A DNA stretch of 44,367 bases from Tubiluchus corallicola (taxonomy: Eukaryota > Animalia > Priapulida): positions 29,639 through 74,005 of the forward strand of contig JAQGDQ010000977.1 of assembly GCA_030141605.1 (NCBI GenBank). The letters run 5' to 3'. The position numbers were made by a program, and so were the translations under genes. Shown piece after piece: positions 1-11,115 of the stretch. Under the pieces are notes generated by a model that was not told the origin of the DNA, searched no databases, and worked only from the letters and a program-made list of their open reading frames with translations. Each line of letters begins with the position of its first letter. Position 1 is the stretch's first letter.

Positions 1-640
1 CATAGCAAAAGTCTGCACAGGTGCTTGTAGTTGTCGCATAACTTAAGCTTGTTGTGTGGACTTTTTTTTATTTTTTTATTTATTATTATTATCACATTCA
101 GTATAATATAATGACATTAAACACACAGTGACATCAAAATTATTACATCTACTGTACTAAATTGTTATGTTTCATACACTATCGTTATTATAAAAGTATA
201 ATTGTACTGCAGTCGGCTAGAGAAGCAAAGGCTTGTATAAGCCCACTGTTATGTGAACCCGATAAAAAAGAATGGATGAGTGAACAAAAAAAGAACTGGG
301 AGAAAGGTTAGATCACACAGGAAGGGTAGAAGGATGTGTTAGTGGAAATGGTAGGAAGAAAGATAATAGATTGCGCTATGTTGACATCAGCTCTAAAGAT
401 TTATCAATGATGCCTTGTTTTGCATAATCTGTACCAGGATTGTGGTATGACTGCTGCAGTAGGTGTAGAAAATTAGGAAGATTTTACCCTGATGGTTACA
501 TACTTTGGAATCACTAACTGTGAAAGAGTAACAAATATTAAGAATTGTATGACAAAATTATTACGCGACTGAAATGGTTTGAATGAATGACAAAGATTAC
601 AATTTATGAAAAACAGTGCAGTAAGTCCTCGCTTAATGAC

Positions 641-725
641 GCTAAACGAAACATTGTCGTTAAGGAAAACGTTGCTAAACGAAACATTGTCGTTAAGCAA
701 AACGTTGCTAAACGAAACATTGTTT
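641..725. repeat. 33-bp tandem repeat, about 2.5 copies
   Basis: GCTAAACGAAACATTGTCGTTAAG(G/C)AAAACGTT repeated. Confidence 0.85.
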
Positions 726-809
726 TCCATAAGAAACAATGTAAAAGCATTTAGTTGCATTCGGGAGCAAAAATCAATAATGCTTGGCTATGTAAAAATG
801 CTCAGTTGA

Positions 810-1205
810 TGTTGTAATTGTAATTTTAAGCAAACAAACACGCGAAAGTTTATACATAAACTTGATAAAATCATATTTTTTGCTTATGAATAGCCTAAGT
901 TGTCACAGCTCAAGCTTGATCCATTCACGGTAAGCACGTGACAACTGTCAACAAACTGTGTGAGTGACAGTACTTTTTCTGTCTGAGCTCAGACACGTCT
1001 GCATGACCACATGCGCACAACAGCCAAACACCACGTTGCTGGAGCCCCCTGTGCTGGGCTGTGAAGCAAACAGTACTACCCTCACATGCTCTGATACCGT
1101 ACAAGTATAAAGAAAGAACTAAAGAAAAAAGATTTATTATATCGAATATTATCGATAATATCGAGTGAAAATAGGGGGAGCTGCAGTTTCACAGTGCCTG
1201 TACAT
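810..1205 (+). mobile_element. Partial copy of the MITE at 7438-7953
   Basis: Collinear similarity to about 7565-7940 (TTTATACATAAACTTGATAAAATC, CAAACAGTACTACCC, CCGTACAAGTATAAAGAAAGA, GAGTGAAAATA). Confidence 0.75.
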
Positions 1206-1233
1206 GCTATTAAATTACTATTTTCTATTCTAG

Positions 1234-1352
1234 CTGTGAACAATGCGCTGATGTTTTTCCCGAAAGTCCCACCGGAAGCATAAATTATGATGACCTTGTA
1301 GAACTGGATGATCAGCCACTCAATGTTTCCAGTACAAGTAGCACGATTACCG
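1234..1352 (+). CDS. CERKL: CERKL-like exon (CEQC...STIT)
   Basis: ttttctattctag acceptor, open frame starting with CxxC, G|GTAGGT donor whose phase fits exon 2147. Confidence 0.7.
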
Positions 1353-4300
1353 GTAGGTGAATAGCGACAAGTCTCTGTTCTTACTTTGTTTAAATCGGGA
1401 TTTCTCATTGCTGATGTCCTTTTTCTGCAACTTTTATACCTAGAGTTACTCACCAGAGGGCGAATTCACAAAAGTTCGTGCAAACTGCTTTATTCGTAAG
1501 ATCGTTCCATTGTAGGATTCGTAAGAACATTCTTAGGCTTACAGTGGAATTCACAAAGGTTTCGTGCCCTTAAAAGGTTGTTAAAGGAAAACCGGATGAT
1601 TGTGTAAACACGAGTTCAGAATAAAGAATGCTCTAAAATATTGAAACTACCACAGCTTATTTAAAATCAAAGCTTAGACTAAATAATAATTACCTCGGAT
1701 ACTCAAATTTCGTTAAACTTTCAAAGCTACGTGCGGCTCAGTGAATCCACTAAGATTGGCAGCGGCGCCTTTTTGTCACATTCGCTTGGCCGACAAATAG
1801 AAGGCAGTACCGTGATAACCATGATCATGAACTGCAGTGTTTATTTAAAAAAGCATTAAAGAATTACCTACTACAACGATATAATTAACTCACAATTTTA
1901 CTCATCCTGATCTTAAGTTACTAACAAAACTTATTTTGTTCTCATGTAAATTATAACTGATGAAAATACTATGTAATGTTAATTTTCAATTGTTTCACTT
2001 ATCTGGAGGAGGACTCGAAAGCTCAGTGCTCCTTCCTCCTCCTCACAGTAACTCGTTTATTTTATAATTTTTTTTTCAATGTAATAACAATTTGTATGTA
2101 TGTTTGTGTTGCTGTGGAATAAATAAATTTCATTCATAATTCGCAGATATGTCTAAGGCAAGTCCATGGCAGACAATGAAGGGCAGCTATATTAACATAT
2201 CCATATTTACGACACCTGCCTTGTGTGAAATGGCTCCGCTGGGTAAGAATTATCACTTTGTTAGCTTAATCAAGTTATTTTAATTTTACATACTATTAAC
2301 AAATAATAGCCTTTCTATCTTTTATATCATCCCATATATGAACTTCATTCATTACATCATTCCATTTTAAGCACTAATGTTTATTTATCACGATTCACTT
2401 TAAATTTTCAGATTATTTCCATTACTTTTTTTCTATCACTGTGTGGGACAATCTAACAAGCCCTGCTTTTTGATTGCCCGCAACACATCTACCTTCGTGT
2501 ATAAGTGAACACTGTTTGAGGCTTTTCCTGTGCAGTATTTCTGATTTGTATTATGTTCATTGTAGGTCCTTTCACTAGATATTGTACATGAAACTATTGT
2601 AAATGTGTAATGTGAAATAAATGACTTATGACTTATGAATATCAATGAGTAACGGTATGTGAAAATAGGGTTAGACAATGTTGACCATTTTCCAGCATTG
2701 AAACTCTAAGCCCCTCCTCCAGACGGAGGAGCTAAATAGAAGGCAGAAAGTCAACCCTTCTGTACATAAACGACGAGATTTGATGACAATTACATAAAGA
2801 ATAATAAATTGTGTAGGGAAACACGATTTTCTTATGTTCAAAAATATGTTATGTTACATAATTTCTTATGTTACATAACACGTATTACGTAACATTAACA
2901 TGCATATTTTTTAATTTTTTTAATTTTGGTAATTTTTCAAATTAACGCAAGTTTACAAAGCCTTTTGTCCATCTTTAGGTCTTTCCAAGTACTCTCACTT
3001 GGCCGATGGCTACTTGGACTTGGTCATAGTTAAAGCTGTTGAGAGGCGACATTTCATACGACACTTGAAACGACACGGAAATACAAAAAACCAGGTAAGA
3101 CCGCGATCGGTGATCGAGTGGTCAGTGGTCAGTTTCTGTCATAATTTAACCCGCATAAAATGAGGCCGAAAAGTTTGTTTCTTTCTTACCCACGAGCTCA
3201 AAAGACGGTGATGTAATTAGTCTTCATCATTAGACATCGGTCTTTTGAAGATGATGAAATTAGTCTTCATCATTAGACATCGGTCTTTTGAGGATGATGA
3301 AATTAGTCATCATCGTTAGACATCGGTCTTTTGAGGATGATGAAATTAGTCATCATCGTTAGACATCGGTCTTTTGAGGATGATGAAATTAGTCATCATC
3401 GTTAGACATCGGTCTTTTGAGGATGATGAAATTAGTCATCATCGTTAGACATCGGTCTTTTGGGGATGTTGAAATTAGTCATCATCGTTAGACATCGGTC
3501 TTTTGGGGATGACGAAATTAGTCATCATTGTTAGACATCGGTCTTTTGGGGATGACGAAATTAGTCATCATCGTTAGACATCGGTCTTTTGGGGATGACG
3601 AAATTAGTCATCATCGTTAGACATCGGTCTTTTGGGGATGACGAAATTAGTCATCATCGTTAGACATCGGTCTTTTGGGGATGACGAAATTAGTCATCAT
3701 CGTTAGACATCGGTCTTTTGAGGATGACGAAATTAGTCATCATCGTTAGACATCGGTCTTTTGAGGATGACGAAATTAGTCATCATCGTTAGACATCGGT
3801 CTTTTGAGGATGATGAAATTAGTCACCATCGTTAGACATCAGTCTTTTGAGGATGATGAAATTAGTCACCATCGTTAGACATCGGTCTTTTGAGGATGAT
3901 GAAATTAGTCGTCATCGTTAGACATCGGTCTTTTGAGGATGATGAAATTAGTCATCATCGTTAGGCATCGGTCTTTTGAGGATGATGAAATTAGTCATCA
4001 TCGTTAGACATCGGTCTTTTGAGGATGATGAAATTAGTCATCATCGTTAGACATCGGTCTTTTAATCGGCATTAATGCACCTCGTTATGATGCCAAACTT
4101 GCTGTAATGTCCAGCACACTAATCAACATTAATGCACCTTGTTATAATGCCAAACTTGCTGTAATGTCCAGCACATTAATCAACATTAATGCACCTCGTT
4201 ATACTGTCAAACTTGGTATAATGTCCAGCACATTAATCAACATTAATGCACCTTGTTATAATGCCAAACTTGCTGTAATGTCCAGCACATTAATCAACAT

Positions 4301-7300
4301 TAATGCACCTCGTTATGATGCCAAACTTGGTATAATGTCCAGCACATTAATCAACATTAATGCACCTTGTTATAATGCCAAACTTGCTGTAATGTCCAGC
4401 ACATTAATCAACATTAATGCACCTCGTTATACTGTCAAACTTGGTATAATGTCCAGCACATTAATCAACGTTAATGCACCTCGTTATGATGCCAAACTCG
4501 CTATAATGTCCAGCACATTAAACTACATTAATGCACCTCGTTATGATACCAAACTTGCTATAATGTCCAGCACACTAATCAACATTAATGCACCTCGTTA
4601 TAATGCGAAACTTGCTATAATGTCCAACACATTAATCTACATTAATGCACCTCGTTATGATGCCAAACTCGCTATAATGTCCAACACATTAATCTACATT
4701 AATGCACCTCGTTATGATGCCAAACTTGCTATAATGTCCAGCACACTAATCTACATTAATGCACCTCGTTATAATGCCAAACTTGCTATAATGTCCAGCA
4801 CATCAATCAACATTAATGCAGTGAAATGGGTCAATCCATTATTAAATTAACTGCGACTCGTTGGAGGCGCTTTGATTGATCACTAATTTGCCAAATTTTG
4901 ACAGTTTGTGATTTGTTGCAGTTTGATTTCTGGTTTGTTGAAACTTACCGCGTGAAGGACGTGAAATTTCGCACAAGAGTGAACGACAGCTGGGACAGGA
5001 AGACCCTGGAAGAATCCGACGAAGAACTCAGCGACGACGAAACGCCCGTGCTGAAAAGTCGGCCGAAAACTGCGGCCGCTAGCAACGCAAGAAGCCAAAT
5101 GGAACCCATCGAGGAGAGTTCCTCGGACGACGAGGCAGGGAAAGAATCGGAGGACTCTCAGGGCGACCGATTCGGTCAGAGAAGGACCAGTAATCTTCAT
5201 GTAAGATGGTTGTTAAGACTTACACGCTTGTGTAGGTAGATTAGTTAGTTAGTCACGTAGATTACTTCTTACTATGAACAATTTCCTGACATACGGTGAG
5301 ATCATCAAGCCTTTTCACAGTTCCAGCGATTGACGACGATCGTGAAAAGGTCAAAGGTTAAGTGTACCAGACAACGAATTTGTTTACACTTGACAACGCA
5401 TCGAAGGCCAAGCTGTTGTAATAGTAACAGTTTTAACAGCTAGCTAGAGCCTTACCTAGTTCATTTTTTCTTGTTCCCAAGCAAGATCCTGCTAGTAAAT
5501 CATTCTAAGCACAGACTAATGCATAATTAAGTAAAATCCACGTAAAACAACTGAAGTTATCGAACTGGTGTTATTAAAAAGAGCAACTAAATTCTACATA
5601 CATAATAAGCTGCCTCACAGTTCCTGTGATTGATGATGATCGTGAAAAGGTCAAAGGTTAAGTGTACCAGACAACATATTTCTGTGTACTTGACAACGCG
5701 CCTTACAGCCCATGCTATTGTAATAATAAGTTTTAATAGCTAGCTAGAACCTTATCTAGTTCATTTTTCTTGTTCCCATGCAAAATCCTGCTAATAAATT
5801 ATTCTTTGCACTGACTTTGCATGTTTAGGAAGTGGAGGCCTTCGCGAGTGAAGAGTCGCTAATGATGGCCAGGAGAACACGATCAAAAAGCGCCCCGACG
5901 ATATCCGTTCACAGGAGACTTCTGAAAGATTCCGAAGACAAGAAGATCTCGTGCTGGTGTCTAGACGGTGATGCGGGAACTGAGCGAAATTTACAGTTTC
6001 GGTAAATAATATGATGCACGAATAATTAGAGAGCATTTGCGCGACGACACAACTGATGATCCAGTGACTCTTGGTTCATCATAGCTCCACTTAAAAAAAT
6101 TCATGGCAGGTTCAGCCAGTTCTACTCGGAAATGCTTTATGATTAGAGCCAAGAGTTGCAGTCGACCTAGACCAGGGGTGTGCAAACTGCGGCCCGCGGG
6201 CCACTTGCGGCCTGCCGAGAGAATTTGTGCGGCCCGCGAAAAGATTTGTGAACCTAATGAAAGTGCGGCCCGGGCAGGCGATTAATTGAGTGTATCCAGC
6301 TGAAGTCCGTGCCACGATCCCAAAGATAGTGCGGGTAGTTTTTTCTACTAGATCGGATGCTATTAACCCTTACAAGACGGTTGTAGCTTAATGTCACTGT
6401 ACTACACAGACTGTGTGATACACATTACTAATATGCATTGTAATGAAAATACCACTATCTGTCCTGAAAGTAGAAATATATGGTTTGTAATATAAATTTT
6501 AATAACTTCTAAAATAGTTTCTTGAGTGTAGTAGTAATGATGTAAGCAGGTTGGATGCAAAAAAAATTGTTATTAGGCCTTTCTGTACTTGACTCCTTGA
6601 TCAAACTGCATGTGGCCCGCAGGATTTGTGGGAAAGTTTAATGTGGCCCGGCTAGTCAGATAATTTGCACACCCTTGACCTAGATGATAAGAAACCCGGC
6701 TTAAGAAACCCAGCCGCTCAGTGACGCGAGTCGAGCTTGCCGACTGCGAAGGTTTCCGCTCTTGCGATAATCACGTGACGCAGCAAATCGCCGGCTGAAA
6801 TACGGCAAACGCGTCGCAGATTCGCGGTCAGATTATGCGTGTGCTTGGCAGAGATACTAAACTTTAGAAAGTTTTTAATGAGAAAACTGGTCAACTTAAA
6901 ATGAAAAATGAAACACACAAATAGGCAACGTTAGTCACACGTCTGGGATCATTTTTTTATTTTTTATTTATCAACATTTTTGCCTAATTTGAAGTACTCT
7001 AGTATCAAAAGGTTATTATAATTATTATGAGGTTTTTGCTTCTCAAATGACTACTAAACACTAGCGGTTGTTTATTACTATTATTATTGTTGTTATAATG
7101 ATGATGATAATTATTATTATTATTATCATTATAATTTTCATTATTATTATTATCATTATCATCATTTTCATTATTATCATTATTATTATCATTTTCATTA
7201 TTATCATTATCATCATTTTCATTATTATCATTATTATTATCATTTCCATTATTATCATTATCATCATTTTCATTATTATCATTATCATCATTTTCATTAT

Positions 7301-8723
7301 TATCATTATCATCATTTTCATTATTATCATCATTTTCATTATTATCATTATCATCATTTTCATTATTATCATTATCATTAGCATCATCATCGGGAATTGA
7401 AATTTAAACATCCGACTAAAATTCTTGTAAAATTTGGCAGTGGCGGCTTGTGCATAAAATTAGAGGGGGGGGGTGTTGCTGCTTCAGAAAATTTTTTGCC
7501 ATTATTTTAATACTGTGTAAAATGAAACAAACGTTGTTGTAATTTGAAATTGTAATTTTAATGTTGTAATTTGTAATTGTAATTTTAAACAAACAAACAC
7601 AAAAATTTATACATAAACTTGATAAAATCCTAAACAAAAAATATTGTTTGCTTGCGAATAGCCTAAATTGTCGCAGTTTAAGGATATGCATGTACACGGC
7701 TTTTAAGCACGTGGCAAATGACAACAAGCACACTGCGTGAACGACAGGACTTTTTCTACCTAAAATACCAACCACCACATTGCTTGAGCTGTGAGCGCAC
7801 TGCTGGGCTGTAAAGCAAACAGTACTACCCGCCACGTGCTCTGGACCGTACAAGTATAAAGAAAGACTTGTTATATTGAATGTTATCAATAATAATGAGT
7901 GAAAATAAGGGGTGCTGCAGTTCTACACAGTACCTATACACAAGCCACCACTGGTTGTTTATATCGAGCAATATCTAATTGCATTTTGTATGGGATATGA
8001 GTGCAAAGTTCATGTGAAAGAATTTTGCCTGCAACGCGATAATCTTGACAGAAATGCAGCATTTAAAACAGGGGTGTGCAAATTATCTGACTAGCCGGGC
8101 CACATTAAACTTTCCCGCAATTGCTGCGGGCCACAGACAGTTTGATCAAGGAGCCAAGTACAGAAAGGCCTAATAACGATTTTTTTTTGCATCCGACCTG
8201 CGTACATCATTACTACTACACTCAAGAATCTATTTTAGAAGTTATTAAAATTTATATTACAAACCATATATTTCTACTTTCAGGACAGATTGTGGTAATT
8301 TCATTACAATGTACATTAGTAATGTGTATCACACAGTCTGTGTAGTACAGTGACATTAAGCTACAACCGTCTTGTAAGGGTTAATGGCATCCGATCTAGT
8401 AGAAAAAACTACCCGCACTATCTTTAGGATCGTGGCACAAACTTCAACTGGATAGACTCAGTCATTAGGTTGACAAATCTCTTCGCATGTGGCCCGCGGG
8501 CCGCACTTTGCACACCCCTGGTTTAAATGTTACCACCTATTTGACAAGTAATTTTTGATTTAGCAAATCAAAGCCGTAAGCAAAAATTTGACGATTATTA
8601 ATGAACAATTCGATGTTTTTACATTTTAGGGTGCATCCTAAACTAATCGTGCTCACTGGCCTGGGCATACATCCGGATTATAAGCCAAAAGAAGCGGCAT
8701 TGAGTTGGTTGCCCAGTGTGTAA
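1234..8723 (+). CDS. CERKL: Ceramide kinase family protein (CERKL/CERK-like), 3' part; exons 1234-1352, 2147-2242, 2979-3094, 4922-5200, 5829-6001, 8630-8723; 5' exons lie upstream of the window
   Basis: Six AG/GT-bounded exons join in frame (intron phases 1,1,0,0,2): ..CEQC..PWQTMKGSYINISIFTTPALCEMAPLGLSKYSHLADGYLDLVIVKAVERRHFIRHLKRHGNTKNQFDFWFVETYRVKDVKF..SCWCLDGD..RVHPKLIVLTGLGI..*. This matches the CERK/CERKL C-terminal motifs (HLxDGxxDL, QFxFxFVExY, WxxDG, VHxxL). CERKL versus CERK is not certain. Confidence 0.88.
1585..1841 (+). mobile_element. Truncated Kolobok-like MITE, same family as 13112-13658
   Basis: TTAA|AGGAAAACCGGATGATTG end; near-identical reverse complement of about 13400-13658. 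Confidence 0.8.
2147..2242 (+). CDS. CERKL: CERKL-like exon (DMSKASPWQTMKG...CEMAPLG)
   Basis: ttcgcag acceptor, G|GTAAGA donor, 96 nt, family motif WQxxxG. Confidence 0.88.
2979..3094 (+). CDS. CERKL: CERKL-like exon (GLSKYSHLADGYLDL...KNQ)
   Basis: catctttag acceptor, CAG|GTAAGA donor, HLADGYLDL motif. Confidence 0.92.
3207..4063. repeat. 43-bp intronic minisatellite, about 20 copies
   Basis: Unit GATGATGAAATTAGTCATCATCGTTAGACATCGGTCTTTTGAG. Confidence 0.97.
4070..4820. repeat. 57-bp intronic minisatellite, about 13 copies
   Basis: Unit CATTAATGCACCTCGTTATAATGCCAAACTTGCTATAATGTCCAGCACATTAATCAA. Confidence 0.97.
4922..5200 (+). CDS. CERKL: CERKL-like exon (FDFWFVETYRVK plus acidic insert)
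   Basis: ttgttgcag acceptor, CAT|GTAAGA donor, within ORF 4898..5239. Confidence 0.9.
5307..5828 (+). mobile_element. Two tandem partial copies of the AATAAGCC-ended inverted-repeat MITE family
   Basis: About 5307-5560 and 5604-5828 share GTGAAAAGGTCAAAGGTTAAGTGTACCAGACAAC...AGCTAGCTAGA...CTAGTTCATTTTT with 12558-12755 and, inverted, 26700-26940. Confidence 0.8.
5829..6001 (+). CDS. CERKL: CERKL-like exon (EVEAF...SCWCLDGD...LQF)
   Basis: tgtttag acceptor, CG|GTAAAT donor, WxxDG motif, open frame. Confidence 0.85.
6173..6677 (+). mobile_element. hAT-type MITE, CAGGGGTGTGCAAA family, copy 1
   Basis: TIR CAGGGGTGTGCAAA / TTTGCACACCCTTG; 8-bp TSD ACCTAGAC/ACCTAGAT; GCGGCCCG subterminal repeats. 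Confidence 0.9.
7074..7390. repeat. (ATT/ATC)n microsatellite with a 24-bp higher-order unit
   Basis: ATCATTTTCATTATTATCATTATC periodicity. Confidence 0.95.
7438..7953 (+). mobile_element. hAT-like MITE
   Basis: TIR CAGTGGCGGCTTGTG / CACAAGCCACCACTG; no clear TSD; second partial copy at 810-1205. Confidence 0.75.
8069..8520 (-). mobile_element. hAT-type MITE, copy 2 (inverted relative to copy 1)
   Basis: Same TIRs; flanks ATTTAAAA/GTTTAAAT. Confidence 0.9.
8630..8723 (+). CDS. CERKL: CERKL-like last coding exon (RVHPKLIVLTGLGI...LPSV*)
   Basis: ttttacattttag acceptor, phase 2 fits, TAA at 8721-8723. Confidence 0.85.
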
Positions 8724-8812
8724 TGAACCTCTCACCTACGCTCAGTGATCACTGCTTCCATTTTCCTTATATGGAAATATTTAATCAAGAGAAATATTTA
8801 ATCAACTCAAGC

Positions 8813-9030
8813 AGAGAGAAAGACAGACAGACAAACAGACAAACTGAAATACGATCTTCAAGAAAGTTCTACCATTCAACTTACAGGAAGAAGCCGGGTT
8901 TGCTAGCGTTACTGATCTCAGTCAAGTAGAGAGAAAGACAGACAGACAAACAAACTGAAATACGATCTTCAAGAAAGTTCTACCATTCAACTGACAGGAA
9001 GAAGTGGGTTTGCTACCGTTACTGATCTCA
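8813..9030. repeat. About 110-bp direct duplication downstream of the CERKL-like stop codon
   Basis: AGAGAGAAAGACAGACAGAC...GAAATACGATCTTCAAGAAAGTTCTACCATTCAAC...CGTTACTGATCTCA occurs twice. Confidence 0.9.
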
Positions 9031-9340
9031 CGTTGGCAAGTTGCCAATTGTGCTGGTGGAATTTATTTCGCCGTCATCGTTGCCAGTCTGTTTGCAATTA
9101 GCAGAGCGAGTGAACGTAATTCATTTGCATAGTATAAGATGTCCGCCATCAGCGTTCTTACTAATTCACAGCATTATGTCATAGTCATAATGTTATCTCA
9201 GTTGTGTATGCAGTTTTACTACTAGAGTCAATAGTGTGTGTTAACGTCCCCGTGTTTTTTTTTTGTACAAAACATCCCGCTGTGTTTGCGTGCCCCTGCC
9301 CACCGATGCCTTGTAGCCACCTCCACTCATAGTACACATA

Positions 9341-10787
9341 CAGTCAAACCTCGTTATATAGGTTTTACATGTCAAATGTAGACTTAGGTAATTCAAATGT
9401 GTCTTGGTAACTCAAATGTAGATTTAGGTAATTCAAATGTGTCTTGGTAACTCAAATGTAGATTTAGGTAATTCAAATGTGTTAACAATAGTTTTCAAGA
9501 AATCTTAAGCGTTTTTCGTAAGTCAAATGTAGACACATGTCAAGTCAAATGTGACATTGGTATCTCAAATGTGGATAGGTGGTAAAGCTTAAGGATGTAA
9601 AATTTAATCTCCTTTAATCTCAATTTAATAATTGCTGTGAAAATAATAACTTTATAGGTCTACTAATAGTTCACTAATATTCTGCAAACTTTACATACCA
9701 TTGGAACTGTTAGAGAAAACAATACATTCTTAAAATAAACAATATTTCTTGAGAGAAACTAATTCATTAATGCAGTGCTAATGCATTACTTGAAAAACTA
9801 ATTAGTGATTCACTGTTCATTGGGAAGGGATAAACAACACATTTTTCAAAGTTATGAAAGAGGTGATGACTATCTTTGGTTTATCTTTTTGTAATTTGCA
9901 CTTAAATGAATTAATTACCTATTTATTCAAAGTAATGCATCTACATTTGACTTACCTAACTGACTGTAAAACCTATAATACCCCCCCCCCCCCCGTTATA
10001 ATGCCAGCCTCGCTCAATGCCCAAATTTTTCATAAAACAAAATGTCTGTACGGTAAACTATGTACAACTTGACCCGTCATGACTCGAATTCTTGCGCGTC
10101 TCGCGGAACGGATTTTACCTTTCATTTTCCTCTTACCAAACATCGCGTAATTCGAACCAAATTCACGCTACAATTTATAAAAATTTAACCGAAATTACCC
10201 CGCCCATCTCGCACAAAACTCCCAAGCCCGTGCGAAAGTGTGCACCACATTACGATTTTAACTGCTAGTTTCGGCAAAAATGCTAAGATTTCTTGTATTA
10301 CCTTAGCAGAACGTTGAACGCAACGTGGCTTTACGAACGTGGTTTAATAAATAAATCACGATATTATTATCGCGAAATTCTATTAACAGTGTCACTCAGA
10401 TTACAATAGAGGTGGACCTGTCAATTTATTTTTGATTATTTATAAAAAACTGTTGTTTGATATTTGATTGAAGACTCTCAGTTTGTTGTTTTCACAGGCT
10501 GTAGTGTTACTAGTGTATCGTCCATTTTGTCTTGTACTCAAGCAAGATCCTGCTAGTAAATCACTCTATGTACAAACTAATGCATAATTATGTAAAGTCC
10601 AAGTAAAACAACTGAAATTACTGATGCGGCACACAGCTTTGCTTTATCCACTTGAACGAGTTATACATGGTCTACTGCATTTGCATGAACTTGTATGTAT
10701 AAATGCACCTTGTTACAGCACCTAACTTGCTGTAAAGCCGCACTTTTTTGCAGCCCCAAAGTAAGCGGGTATGAAGAGGTTTGACTG
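9341..10787. mobile_element. Tc1/mariner (Tigger-like) non-autonomous element with nested insertions
   Basis: TA|CAGTCAAACCTC ... GAGGTTTGACTG TIRs; right flank is TG rather than TA. Confidence 0.65.
9361..9973. mobile_element. Nested TIR element with TA TSD and internal CAAATGT repeats at about 20-bp spacing
   Basis: TA|GGTTTTACA ... TGTAAAACC|TA; inverted GTCAAATGTAGA / TCTACATTTGAC near both ends. Confidence 0.7.
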
Positions 10788-10853
10788 TGCTCTCAATTTA
10801 CAAAGACAACTGTGATCAAATAGTGTGATGTGCATTTCAAATAGTTTCATGAG

Positions 10854-10859
10854 TTTATT
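10854..10859 (-). terminator. Putative cyclin H polyadenylation signal AATAAA
   Basis: AATAAA on the minus strand about 53 nt after the stop codon. Confidence 0.5.
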
Positions 10860-10911
10860 GCATAAATAAAATTACAACGAAATACTGAAAGAAAATGGCG
10901 GATACGGTTGT

Positions 10912-11115
10912 TTATTTGTCTGCTCGTTCTGCCGATGCGATGCCGTCGGTATCGTCGCGTCTTGCGTACTTGGCCGTCTTGTGGTGCTCGTTGGCTTTTA
11001 ATCCGCGCTCTTTGCGACGTTTGCTGGCGGAGCTGTCCGGATCGCTGTCCTTGTTGCGACATTTGTCCAACTTTTTCTCTATGGCTTTAATTTCGTCTCG
11101 AACGGGTTGCTCCAC
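10912..11115 (-). CDS. CCNH: Cyclin H coding exon 3
   Basis: tttctaatag acceptor, VEQPVRDEIKAIEKKLDKCRN..., TAA stop. Confidence 0.9.
   Translation of the reverse strand: MEQPVRDEIKAIEKKLDKCRNKDSDPDSSASKRRKERGLKANEHHKTAKYARRDDTDGIASAERADK

Noticed and set aside
1455-1575. Possible PIF/Harbinger-like element end (GGGCGAATTCACAAA)
   Set aside because: No matching opposite end or TSD was found.
3207-4063. CRISPR-like palindromic repeat array
   Set aside because: Units are head-to-tail with no unique spacers, there are no cas genes, and the context is a eukaryotic intron.
4107-4850. 247-aa ORF made of 19-aa repeats
   Set aside because: It is the translation of a 57-bp (multiple of 3) intronic minisatellite. 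Exons 3094 and 4922 join through the conserved KNQ|FDF motif without it.
7061-7411. Poly-Ile/Met ORFs
   Set aside because: Translations of an ATT/ATC microsatellite.
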